DNA of 27,966 nt from an uncultured archaeon. Lineage in GTDB: Archaea > Asgardarchaeota > Lokiarchaeia > Sigyniarchaeales > SOKP01. The stretch covers positions 1 through 27,966 of the forward strand of contig CAZOYD010000025.1 of assembly GCA_964583985.1 (NCBI GenBank). The letters run 5' to 3'. This document shows positions 1 to 9,238 of this stretch, in pieces. A program made the translations under genes and the position numbers. Every line of letters begins with the position of its first letter. Positions within the stretch are counted from its first letter, which is position 1. A model generated the notes under the pieces. It did not search any database and was not told the DNA's origin. It was given only the letters and a program-made list of their open reading frames with translations.

Positions 1-1179
1 TCCTATTATTACCCAAAGAGGAGTGGATCGATGGGAGGCTATATGGATGCAATCGGTCAAGACTGGACATTAGGACAAAATTTTGATAATATAGAGTTGG
101 CACTTAATGGATTTGAAAAACGGGCTATAAAAACGTATTTTGGCGGGGAATCAATACCTTCATTTTTTCCAAATTATGGTCCAGGAATTGTTGCAGCTGT
201 TTTTGGGGTTATTCCTAAATTCAAGTCGGAGACAATGTGGTTTAGCAGGCCAACTAAAATTGAGGATATAATTCAAGTGCTTGAAAGTACAAAGTTAAAC
301 CATAACAATGAATGGTATGCCCGTTTGCTGAGAATAACGACCCAAGGTTCTGAACGTGCAGCAGAAAATGGATATCAATTTTCAATCACGGATATTGGAG
401 GAGTATTAGACATTTTATCCTCATTTCTTGGACCTACGAATTTAATACTAGCCATGAAACGGCAACCTCAAGTTATCGATATTTGTAGGCAAATACTTTT
501 AGAAAAATTGCTGCAAATCTATGATGATTTGCATGCCATTATTCAAAAGAGTTGTAAAGGAATTAATTCATGGCTAAATGTATGGTGTCCCAAGAGTTGG
601 TATCCCGTACAATGTGATTTCATCGCAATGCTTAATCCTAAATGGTTTAAACGATTTGTATTACCGGATCTAATAACTCAAATTGAACACATGGATTATG
701 CCATACATCACATGGATGGTCCATATCAAATCCCTTTTTTAGATGATTTTTTATCAATTGATCAATTAAATGGCATTCAATGGGTGCCTGGAGCAGGAAA
801 TCAACCATCGGGTTCAAATGAGTGGTTGTCCATCTATAAGAAAATTCAAAAAGCTGGAAAAAATGTGGTGATTGACACCTTACCAGAAAATGTAACTCAT
901 TTATATAAGCAGCTGGATCCAAAAGGACTTTATGTAAGAGTAGGATTTTCTTCAGAAATTGCTGCGAACTTTTATTTACCATCGTTTGTAGGAGGTCAAG
1001 AGGGAGATTTAATTCAGAAAGCGGTAAATTGGGTAAAAGAAAACAATTATTCAGCCATTGATAAAGACAAGCTAACTCATTTTTTAAATCAAGAGCATGT
1101 GGATTTAGACCAAAAAATTGAGAAGCAATTTTTAAAGGAAGTAAACAACTGCATGCGAGAAAAATTATTCTTTACTTGA
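1..1179 (+). CDS. URO-D/MtaA (uroporphyrinogen decarboxylase / methylcobamide methyltransferase) superfamily TIM-barrel protein, 5'-truncated by window edge
   Basis: The frame is open from base 1 (SYYYPKRSGS precedes the ATG at 31), so the true start is probably upstream. Motifs typical of this subfamily: NYGPG, TDIGGVLDILSSFLG, QCDF..ML.PKWF.RFVLP, HHMDG, IQWVPGAG. It has HxDG rather than the HxC zinc motif. Confidence 0.75.
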   Translation, partial: SYYYPKRSGSMGGYMDAIGQDWTLGQNFDNIELALNGFEKRAIKTYFGGESIPSFFPNYGPGIVAAVFGVIPKFKSETMWFSRPTKIEDIIQVLESTKLNHNNEWYARLLRITTQGSERAAENGYQFSITDIGGVLDILSSFLGPTNLILAMKRQPQVIDICRQILLEKLLQIYDDLHAIIQKSCKGINSWLNVWCPKSWYPVQCDFIAMLNPKWFKRFVLPDLITQIEHMDYAIHHMDGPYQIPFLDDFLSIDQLNGIQWVPGAGNQPSGSNEWLSIYKKIQKAGKNVVIDTLPENVTHLYKQLDPKGLYVRVGFSSEIAANFYLPSFVGGQEGDLIQKAVNWVKENNYSAIDKDKLTHFLNQEHVDLDQKIEKQFLKEVNNCMREKLFFT

Positions 1180-1235
1180 ATAATTGTTTAGTGGTAATTT
1201 TAATATTTATAAAGAAGTTCAAGTGATTTAGTATT

Positions 1236-2846
1236 ATGAATATAAAATCTTTGATAATGAGAAATAAATGGTTTAGTGCTATTACATTAGGTTATTGCGC
1301 TTGGTTAATTCTCTTATTGATGCTGCTGTTCACCAATGTGAGGCACGTTATGTTCTATGATGCCCTCGGACAAGTTGATGTTTCTGCTGACTATAATAGC
1401 ATTTTTCCCGTGTTTAGATATCTCTTGGAACCATTTGCAATAGTAGCTTCTATTTTAGGAATGGAATTCACGTGGATCTTTATGTTTTTGATGATTTATC
1501 CGATTATTAGAATTATCTTTGTAGTTGCAAGAAAGATGGGCAAATTTAAATCAAGAAAACTAGGTTTTACTCTACGAATAGTGAGAGATATTATTGAATT
1601 TTCTTTTAAAGTCTTAGTTTCTGCGGTACTAATTATTTTAGTGATAATAATTATAGGATATTCCATCCAAGGTTTTTTCTTCGTGAGTCGCTATTTCATG
1701 ATCCCAGTTCAAATTGCCGTGCATTTCAGTATATTATTGATTGGGATTAAAGCGTGTTATATCCTGATCAAACTAATTCATCCTAATTTGAAGTTATCAT
1801 ATGCGAATTCAAAAGGTAATAGACAAATATCTAAGAGATCAAAAAGGATTAATACTTTTAAAAAAGAAACGGTGTATTTTGTCGGGATTGGAGTATTATT
1901 ACTTGGTTTAAATATTGTATTAATATCTACTCCCTTTTCTCCTCAAAAAATCGTACCTACAACGCCACTTGCAGAAGATGAATTTTTGATTGATTTACAT
2001 GTTCATACTGTTTATTCTGATGGCTGGTTTACTCCAGAAGAAAGAGTGCTCTGGTACATTGATCAAGGAATATCAATTGCTGCTTTTTCCGATCATGACA
2101 ACTTGAGAGGAGCATACGCCGCGCAAGCGTTTGTAGAATCAAATAATTTGGATTTTACAATACTAATTGCAGAAGAATGGACAGACCATGAAAATGATAT
2201 TCACATGAATTATTATGGCATTGATGAAGAAATAGTACCATTAGAATCCTATACTCCGGGAGGTCCCAAGGCCATGAATGCTTCGGATCTCATTAGCTAT
2301 GTAAAATCGAATGATGGATATATTACAGTAAATCATTATAACTATGAATCAAATCCTAATGGGGGAAATGGGGTCCCATACTCTTTAGAACAATTACGGG
2401 ATTGGGGAGTTGACGGTTTTGAAATTGTGAATTCGGGGAATTATCAAGGTAAGTATATTTCCATTCGACAATTCTGTTTAGATAACAATCTTACTTGTAC
2501 AGGCGGTTCAGACATTCATATTAATGAGGACATTCATACGTTTATAAAATTAAGATTAGCAGATCCATCTAATAAATCTATTGACAATATCTTTCAAACT
2601 CTGAGAAATAACACTCACCAAGTTGTAGCAATAGAATATTTTCCAAGCGTGTTTAATCTAAATAATGATCTAAAAGATTTAGGATTTTATGTATTCAGTG
2701 AATTTATCAATTATATGCGGAATATTGATGCATTTCAAGCTATTTCTTGGATCGCTTGGTCCTCTGGCGTTTATATCCTATTTTCCTTGATTTATTGGAG
2801 ATTGAAAAAGCGAGATATAAGTTTAATTAGAAAGAAATTTATCTAA
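1236..2846 (+). CDS. Integral membrane protein with PHP (polymerase/histidinol phosphatase) metallo-phosphoesterase domain
   Basis: About 5-6 hydrophobic N-terminal segments, then PHP motifs DLHVHT-x2-SDG, SDHD, EEW, HMN, NH, GGSDIH, and one C-terminal TM helix. Confidence 0.8.
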   Translation: MNIKSLIMRNKWFSAITLGYCAWLILLLMLLFTNVRHVMFYDALGQVDVSADYNSIFPVFRYLLEPFAIVASILGMEFTWIFMFLMIYPIIRIIFVVARKMGKFKSRKLGFTLRIVRDIIEFSFKVLVSAVLIILVIIIIGYSIQGFFFVSRYFMIPVQIAVHFSILLIGIKACYILIKLIHPNLKLSYANSKGNRQISKRSKRINTFKKETVYFVGIGVLLLGLNIVLISTPFSPQKIVPTTPLAEDEFLIDLHVHTVYSDGWFTPEERVLWYIDQGISIAAFSDHDNLRGAYAAQAFVESNNLDFTILIAEEWTDHENDIHMNYYGIDEEIVPLESYTPGGPKAMNASDLISYVKSNDGYITVNHYNYESNPNGGNGVPYSLEQLRDWGVDGFEIVNSGNYQGKYISIRQFCLDNNLTCTGGSDIHINEDIHTFIKLRLADPSNKSIDNIFQTLRNNTHQVVAIEYFPSVFNLNNDLKDLGFYVFSEFINYMRNIDAFQAISWIAWSSGVYILFSLIYWRLKKRDISLIRKKFI

Positions 2847-2872
2847 CCTAATATCTTTTTTTAAATTAAATC

Positions 2873-3334
2873 TCAAATATAAATTCCAGTTTTATCGTCA
2901 TCGTTGTCTCCGAGATCATCATCTTTTTCGTCATCATCTTCGTCATTATTGAGGAATTTTTTAGAGAGATATCTCATAATTTCTTCCATGTCGGCGTTTG
3001 GATCTAGATCTCCTAAATCACTCATGTTAATTCCAATTATTTTTCCCTTTTTTAAAGGAAAAACATTATGGCGAATTTCTCTTTCTAATTTTTCTTTTTG
3101 CCTAGCATCATCCATTAATTCTCTTTTCAACAGACCTTTGAGCTCATCAGCAATCAACTCATCTAATTCATTGGGTTTTAAAGTTAGAAGCACTTCCGTA
3201 CCATAAAGTTTGGTGATTTTCTTAATTGCCTTCTGCTTCTTTGATTCAGGAATTTGATTTATAGAGTGTAAGCCTAAAAGCTCAATAATGTTTAACCAGT
3301 CAAGTTGGAAAGACCAAATATCTGATTCGGACAT
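2873..3334 (-). CDS. Hypothetical protein with acidic C-terminal tail
   Basis: 153-aa ATG-initiated ORF with charged helical composition. Ends NNDEDDDEKDDDLGDNDDDKTGIYI. Confidence 0.7.
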   Translation of the reverse strand: MSESDIWSFQLDWLNIIELLGLHSINQIPESKKQKAIKKITKLYGTEVLLTLKPNELDELIADELKGLLKRELMDDARQKEKLEREIRHNVFPLKKGKIIGINMSDLGDLDPNADMEEIMRYLSKKFLNNDEDDDEKDDDLGDNDDDKTGIYI

Positions 3335-3448
3335 TGTAAAATATAAGTTTGTTTATCAATAATAATAATTATGAACAACTGTTAAATCTTATCCTAATAT
3401 TTTATCCATCACAAGGATCGGATTTATTTTCGTTATTTATTGGTTTTT

Positions 3449-4297
3449 TTAAATGAAAAAGTCTCTAATGGTTGAAACAACCAGATCAGGTTCATCATGT
3501 AAAATCCAATGCGATGCATTCTCAGCACGAATAATTTTCAATTCTTGTACATATTTAGAGAGATCATCCAAAATCGAAGGTAATAACGCAACATCTTTCA
3601 TACCATGAATCACTATAGTGGGTACTTTGATATATCCTGTCCAGTTATTAAATGTAGTATTAGCCCTATAATAATTAACGCCTCCAATAATTGCACCAGG
3701 TTGAGCCCACGCTTTCAAGTACTCATTTTTATCAAAGTTTGTAAATCCCTTTTGATTTATTATTCCTTCAAAGACAGCCTTTTTAAGCCATTTATAATCG
3801 TTTTCAATCACGAATTTCTCGCCTTGAGGTTTGAGGAACTCAAAAATGTAGAAACTTGCTCTCTGTTGAGCTTTATCACTTTTTAGTCGTTCTTGAAAGA
3901 TTTTAGGGTGAGGTGCATTGAGGATCATCAATTTCTTCACCCTTTCAGGATATTTTTCAGCGAAACACCAAGCAATAACTCCTCCCCAATCGTGTCCAGC
4001 TAAGAAAAAGGTATCGATACCTAAAATATCCGCTAAATCCGTGATATCCTTTATTAAAAATTCCATCCTGTAATTATCTACATTCGTTGGTTTATCAGAT
4101 AGGTTATATCCTCTCAGATCAGGAATTATCAAACGATATTCATTTTTTAAACCCTGAATGATATTTTTCCATCCATACCAAAAATCGGGAAATCCATGCA
4201 GCAAAATTATAGCAGGACCATTACCTATTGTAGCAACATGTAATTTTAACCCATCAAGCGTTATATATTCCGTTTTAATTTCATTTAGGATATTCAT
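3449..4297 (-). CDS. Alpha/beta hydrolase, epoxide hydrolase-like
   Basis: HGFP oxyanion motif, DLRGYN.SDKP, GHDWG (Asp nucleophile), lid Tyr candidates (FYI, NYYR), KD.AL acid and SHW catalytic His. Confidence 0.9.
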   Translation of the reverse strand: MNILNEIKTEYITLDGLKLHVATIGNGPAIILLHGFPDFWYGWKNIIQGLKNEYRLIIPDLRGYNLSDKPTNVDNYRMEFLIKDITDLADILGIDTFFLAGHDWGGVIAWCFAEKYPERVKKLMILNAPHPKIFQERLKSDKAQQRASFYIFEFLKPQGEKFVIENDYKWLKKAVFEGIINQKGFTNFDKNEYLKAWAQPGAIIGGVNYYRANTTFNNWTGYIKVPTIVIHGMKDVALLPSILDDLSKYVQELKIIRAENASHWILHDEPDLVVSTIRDFFI

Positions 4298-4522
4298 ATT
4301 ATTGATCTAATATTAAGAGTTTTTTAAAAAATTATTTCTCATGGAAAATAATTTTTATTTATAAAAAAGGGACTTTTGAAAAAACTTAATGCTATTGAAT
4401 ATTTTTTGTTTCGTTAAACCTAAAATTGAGACATATCAGCTTATAAGAGATAAAAATTGATAAGAATTAAGTTAAAGTAAAAAGATTTTAAAATATGAAG
4501 ATTTGTTAAAAAGAATTATTTA

Positions 4523-4735
4523 TTACTCAAAATAGTTATTGAAGGATTCTTCAAAATCATCTGTAGAGGGATTGTTGATCTCAGCGAATTTATATCGACC
4601 ACGAGGAATTTTTGCAGCTTTCCCGTTGAAATGTCTATTTAAAGACCTCTCATAATCATTAACGCTCATGCTTTTTTCTTCAGCAAATTTAATCTCTCCA
4701 AAATACTTCAAATACTCTGGTAGTGAATCACTCAT
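4523..4735 (-). CDS. 70-aa microprotein made of two internal repeats
   Basis: ATG preceded by AGGTGA Shine-Dalgarno (4749-4744, minus strand). Residues 13-36 and 46-69 align without gaps with 11/24 identities. Confidence 0.7.
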   Translation of the reverse strand: MSDSLPEYLKYFGEIKFAEEKSMSVNDYERSLNRHFNGKAAKIPRGRYKFAEINNPSTDDFEESFNNYFE

Positions 4736-4743
4736 TTAATTTT

Positions 4744-4749
4744 TCACCT
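4744..4749 (-). promoter_or_regulatory. Shine-Dalgarno site for the 70-aa ORF
   Basis: AGGTGA on the minus strand, 8 nt before ATG at 4735. Confidence 0.65.
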
Positions 4750-5050
4750 ATTTTATAGATACAATTTTTAGTTAAATATTTATTTATATAAATAAACAAT
4801 GTAATTATAGAACTTATAAATCTATTCATACTAATGATAATGCAAAAACTATGTAATTGTTATTATATAAAAAGGGATTTTTTTCCCATTATATATATTA
4901 TTGCATAAAAAATGATCGGATTTGATCATTTGGATTTGAGATATTAATCCAGATCAATTCTTTCATCTTGAAATAATAAAAAGAAATAAAACAGAATATG
5001 ATATAATTAGAGTGTTTCAATCGAAAAAATTAATAATGTGGTGAGGAACG

Positions 5051-5989
5051 ATGAGAAAAATTGATGATAGGACTTATCTCTCTTATCTATTACAATCTTT
5101 TAACATCGAGAAATTAAAAAATACATGTAAAGAGTTTGGTATAAAGGGGTATTCTAAATTCAAGAAGAAAGAAATAATAGAATATCTTTTAGATTCCCTC
5201 TCAGAGGAAGAAAATCGTGCTTTAATAAAAGAAAAAGAATTAACCATTATCTCAGAAGGAATTCAATCTGCTATAGAAAAAATTAACGGAACTGATAGAG
5301 AGAGGTTAAATGATATTAAAATAATCAATCCTAATTCCCATGAAGTCCAATTTAAATTTATAGGAATGAATTGGGAAACGATTTCATTTCTCTCTATAAC
5401 AAAAAATAATATTGAAAATCCTGAGCGTGATTGCGATTGCCGCATAGGATCAGAGATGGGTTTCTGTGGTCATTTTTGGGTTGGTTTTATTTTCTCATTA
5501 AAACAAGATTATTTCAAGTTATCTGATTGGAATTTAACTGTATTGCCTGAAAATTTTGATAAGATCATTGAGAACATGAAGATTTCAACCTCCGATAATA
5601 AAACTCCAATAAAACTAATTGATGAATCCTCTGAGGGTTCCACATTTTTGGATCTTGAAGGAAAAAGCATTACTATTTATGAAGGTGAAATCAATAAAAT
5701 AGAGAAAAAAGAACAAGTTTTTCAAGAAAATATCACAATTTATTACTTGATTTCTTTAATCAATGTTAAAATCGGACCGAGAGTACAGAAAAAATCCGAA
5801 TATGATGAAGGAGATATCATTAAAGCTAATGAACTTGTAATTCGGATAAGTGAGAAGTTGCATGAAGAACACAATCTAAAAATTGGAAATATAATAACTG
5901 TTAATGGAAAATTTACAAGAGATAATTTCTTAAGGTTAAACATTGTTAAAAATATTAGGAAGATTGCACTGATTGAACAAATTAAGTAA
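5051..5989 (+). CDS. HeH/Rho-N-like + SWIM zinc finger + OB-fold protein
   Basis: N-terminal LKNTCKEFGIKGYSKFKKKEIIEYL resembles a Rho-N/HeH motif. Central CDC-x8-CGH matches SWIM CxC-xn-CxH. C-terminal beta-rich domain ending LKIGNIITVNGKF is OB-fold-like. GGTGAGG SD at 5040-5046. Confidence 0.7.
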   Translation: MRKIDDRTYLSYLLQSFNIEKLKNTCKEFGIKGYSKFKKKEIIEYLLDSLSEEENRALIKEKELTIISEGIQSAIEKINGTDRERLNDIKIINPNSHEVQFKFIGMNWETISFLSITKNNIENPERDCDCRIGSEMGFCGHFWVGFIFSLKQDYFKLSDWNLTVLPENFDKIIENMKISTSDNKTPIKLIDESSEGSTFLDLEGKSITIYEGEINKIEKKEQVFQENITIYYLISLINVKIGPRVQKKSEYDEGDIIKANELVIRISEKLHEEHNLKIGNIITVNGKFTRDNFLRLNIVKNIRKIALIEQIK

Positions 5990-6050
5990 GATTTAATATG
6001 GCATGAATCGATCTAAATAAATAATTCAACAAACTATTTTACCCCGTAAA

Positions 6051-7439
6051 ATGAAAAATAAATCAATTTCAGAATTATTAAATGATGCAAACATGATTCT
6101 TGCTACGGATTTTTACCAACTTACCATGGGTGCAGCCTATTTTCAATATAATTTGGAAAATAATCGAGATGAAAATGAAGATATCGCAGTTTTTGAATTA
6201 TTCATTAGAAAATATCCCAATAACCGAAATTATCTGATATTCGCTGGTTTAGAACAAGTAATTCACTATTTATTGAATGCTCGATTTTCAGACGACACTA
6301 TTAATTTTCTGAAATCGAAAGATGTATTTAGAAATATAGATCCCAATTTCTTTGAAGAATATTTGCCTAATTTCAAGTTTAACTTAGACGTGTGGTCACT
6401 GAAAGAAGGTACATTTTTCTTTCCAAATGAACCCATCATGAGAATACAGGGACCAATGTTCCATGCACAACTCGCAGAAACATATATTTTGAATGTAATT
6501 AATTATCAGACTGTAGTTGCATCAAAAGCATCACGGATTACTAATATTGCTCCTGATAAAGTATTACTTGAGTTTGGAACTCGTAGATCTCATGGCCCCC
6601 TAGCAGGCATTTATGCTGCACGAGCAAGCTATATAGCAGGATTTAATGGCACTAGCAATGTATTAGCAGATTTGAAATTGGGTATTAATTCAAGTGGAAC
6701 AATGGCTCATAGTTTTATCCAGAAATTTGAAACCGAAGAAGAGGCTTTTGATGCGTATTACAAGATTTATGGGAAAAATTCGATTTTATTGATAGATACT
6801 TACGATACGGAAAAGGCTGCTAAAATAGTTAGCAAATATGGGAATAACATATGGGGTGTTAGAATAGATTCAGGAGATCTCATTAAACATGCAAAATCTG
6901 TTCGAAAAATTTTGGATGAGAATGGGTGTAAGGAAGTAAAAATTGTTGCCAGTTCCGATTTAAATGAGTATAAGATTAAGAAAATGATTGAGAATAACGC
7001 ACCCATTGACGCGTTTGGAGTGGGAACTGAATTAGCGACATCACGAGATGATCCCTCTTTATCTGCAGTATATAAATTAATAGAATATAATGGAAACCCT
7101 AAGATTAAAATTAGCGAAGAAAAAATAACATACCCCGGAAAGAAGCAAATTTACAGGATTTATGACGAACATGGAATATTTAAAGAAGATTTTTTAACAT
7201 TAGATGATAATATTCCACCACAGAATTCAGAGGCCTTATTATTTCCAATAATGGAAAAAGGGCACTTGATCAACGAGCTACCTCAAATAAAGGAAATTCA
7301 GCAATATTTTTTTAAAAGTATAAGAAAATTGCCAGAAAAATATAAATCCTTAGAAGAAAATCATGTTTTTAAATTAATTCTTTCAGATAAGCTGGAGAAA
7401 TTGGAAAATTCATTAAAAGAGAGTTTCACGTCTCAATAA
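6051..7439 (+). CDS. pncB: Nicotinate phosphoribosyltransferase
   Basis: TDFYQLTM, EFGTRR, GTSN, GTMAHS (phospho-His), IDTYD, GVRIDSGD, SSDLNE, FGVGT, VYKL motifs. Confidence 0.95.
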   Translation: MKNKSISELLNDANMILATDFYQLTMGAAYFQYNLENNRDENEDIAVFELFIRKYPNNRNYLIFAGLEQVIHYLLNARFSDDTINFLKSKDVFRNIDPNFFEEYLPNFKFNLDVWSLKEGTFFFPNEPIMRIQGPMFHAQLAETYILNVINYQTVVASKASRITNIAPDKVLLEFGTRRSHGPLAGIYAARASYIAGFNGTSNVLADLKLGINSSGTMAHSFIQKFETEEEAFDAYYKIYGKNSILLIDTYDTEKAAKIVSKYGNNIWGVRIDSGDLIKHAKSVRKILDENGCKEVKIVASSDLNEYKIKKMIENNAPIDAFGVGTELATSRDDPSLSAVYKLIEYNGNPKIKISEEKITYPGKKQIYRIYDEHGIFKEDFLTLDDNIPPQNSEALLFPIMEKGHLINELPQIKEIQQYFFKSIRKLPEKYKSLEENHVFKLILSDKLEKLENSLKESFTSQ

Positions 7440-7497
7440 AAGATTCTCTATAAAACAACATAATCTTTTTAAATTGAAGAATTGAACTATATTAATT

Positions 7498-8157
7498 ATG
7501 AAAGAAGAAGAAGAATTATTAGTAAAATTAAAAAGCGCAATTTTAAAGGGAGAGCCAAATAACGCAATTGAATTGGTTAATAAATCTATTAATATGGGAA
7601 TACCTGTCAAAGAGATATTGAATAAAGCAATTCTTAAAGGCGCTGAAGAAGCTGGGAATTTATATGAAAAGGATGAATATTTTCTTCCTGATTTACTAAT
7701 GACTGGTGATGCCATTAATGTCGCTACTGATCTATTAAAGAATTCATTAAAAGAAAAATCTGAAATTGAGTCTAAAGGTACTATATTAATTGGAACAGTG
7801 GAAGGTGATGTTCACGATTTAGGTAAGAGTTTAGTAGTCTCACTATTACAAGGACAAGGTTTTGAAGTTGTTGATTTAGGATCAGATGTTTCACCAGAAG
7901 AGTTTCTTCGGAATGCAAAAGAAATAAGTCCCATACTGATAGGTTTGAGTGGACTAATGACAATGAGCATCTCTAAAATGGTTGAAACAGTTAATTTACT
8001 TAAGAGTGAAAATATACAGTCTCGAATAATCGTTGGTGGTGGAATTTTATCAAAAGAATCATGTGATATGATAGGAGCAGATGACTTTGCCAAAGATGGC
8101 TGGGAAGGAGTTAAAAAAATAAATAATTTAATACAAATCAAAGAGGTGAAACAATAA
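7498..8157 (+). CDS. Corrinoid (B12-binding) methyltransferase cognate protein, MtaC/MttC-like
   Basis: N-terminal four-helix cap (YFLPDLL), then GTVEGDVHDLG (DxHxxG), DLG.DV, SGLM and VGGG motifs. Confidence 0.93.
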   Translation: MKEEEELLVKLKSAILKGEPNNAIELVNKSINMGIPVKEILNKAILKGAEEAGNLYEKDEYFLPDLLMTGDAINVATDLLKNSLKEKSEIESKGTILIGTVEGDVHDLGKSLVVSLLQGQGFEVVDLGSDVSPEEFLRNAKEISPILIGLSGLMTMSISKMVETVNLLKSENIQSRIIVGGGILSKESCDMIGADDFAKDGWEGVKKINNLIQIKEVKQ

Positions 8158-8158
8158 A

Positions 8159-9238
8159 TTGGTTAAAGATTGGAGTGCTTCTGTTAATAGAATATTTAGG
8201 ACAATAGGAGGATCAAAAAGAGTAGATAAAGTTCCGTTTCTTGCATTTGCTGGGGAACAAATGATTTGTCGAGTAACTGGAAAAACTGTGAAAGAATTAT
8301 ATAGTTCTCCAAAAATTTATGCTAATGCTATTATAAATACTTTTGAGTTTTTAGATACCGATTCTATAAATGTTCCAAGTGCCTACGCAGGACCCAGCGA
8401 AGCATTAGCATTTGCGGAAGCGAACAACAAATTAGATGCGATTAAATGGTTTGATTATAAACCTCTAATGTGTAAACAAGGAGTAATTTGTAAATCTGAA
8501 GAAGATATTGAAAAGTTAGAAATTCCAGATCATGGCAAGAATAATCTCTGGAAAACTACCTTACTCACTGCAAAAATGATTAATGATAAAATAAAATTTC
8601 CCCAAGTAATCAGCTTAAGCATTTGGTCTGTTGTTCAGGAGTTGCGTGGCTTAGAAGCCTATAAGGACATGCGGCGAAATCCAGATTTATTATTAAAACT
8701 GTGTGAAAAAATCTATGAATCTCAAATGGATGTTTATGAAAATTGGCTTGAAATTGTAGGCATGCCTCCTAATGTTTTTATTGCAGGATACTCATTTAAC
8801 CGTCACATGATGAGTTTTCAAGATGCCATGCGCTATGAAGGTCAGTTCATTAAGAGGATGATGAATAAAATAAAAGTTCCGTTCATGCTTCATAATTGTG
8901 GAACTTCGCCATATTTCACAGAAGTTGTTAAGGAAATTGACTTCATTGCAGTGAATGGAAGTCATCCGTTAGATATTGAATATTGGATTGATTTCAAAAA
9001 GAAAAATCCAAAAATTGTAATTATAGGTGCCAATATTGACGTGAGTCGAGAAATGTTCACTGGAACCCCTACTGATGTTGAAGAAAAGGTAAAAGAAAAC
9101 ATCTTAAACTTAGCTCCGGGGGGTAGATATATCTGTTGTCCTGTTTGTAGCTTACCTTGGGGAGTATCCATTCCCAATATCTTAGCAATTCCAAAAGCAA
9201 TTGAAAAATATGGGCATTACCCCATAAAAGTCAATTAA
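8159..9238 (+). CDS. URO-D family methylcobamide:acceptor methyltransferase (MtaA/CmuA-like)
   Basis: TTG start 1 nt after the corrinoid gene stop, with GAGGTGA SD at 8143-8149. URO-D fold motifs. Zinc-ligand pattern LHNCG and a distal Cys (CCPVCSLP). Confidence 0.8.
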   Translation: MVKDWSASVNRIFRTIGGSKRVDKVPFLAFAGEQMICRVTGKTVKELYSSPKIYANAIINTFEFLDTDSINVPSAYAGPSEALAFAEANNKLDAIKWFDYKPLMCKQGVICKSEEDIEKLEIPDHGKNNLWKTTLLTAKMINDKIKFPQVISLSIWSVVQELRGLEAYKDMRRNPDLLLKLCEKIYESQMDVYENWLEIVGMPPNVFIAGYSFNRHMMSFQDAMRYEGQFIKRMMNKIKVPFMLHNCGTSPYFTEVVKEIDFIAVNGSHPLDIEYWIDFKKKNPKIVIIGANIDVSREMFTGTPTDVEEKVKENILNLAPGGRYICCPVCSLPWGVSIPNILAIPKAIEKYGHYPIKVN

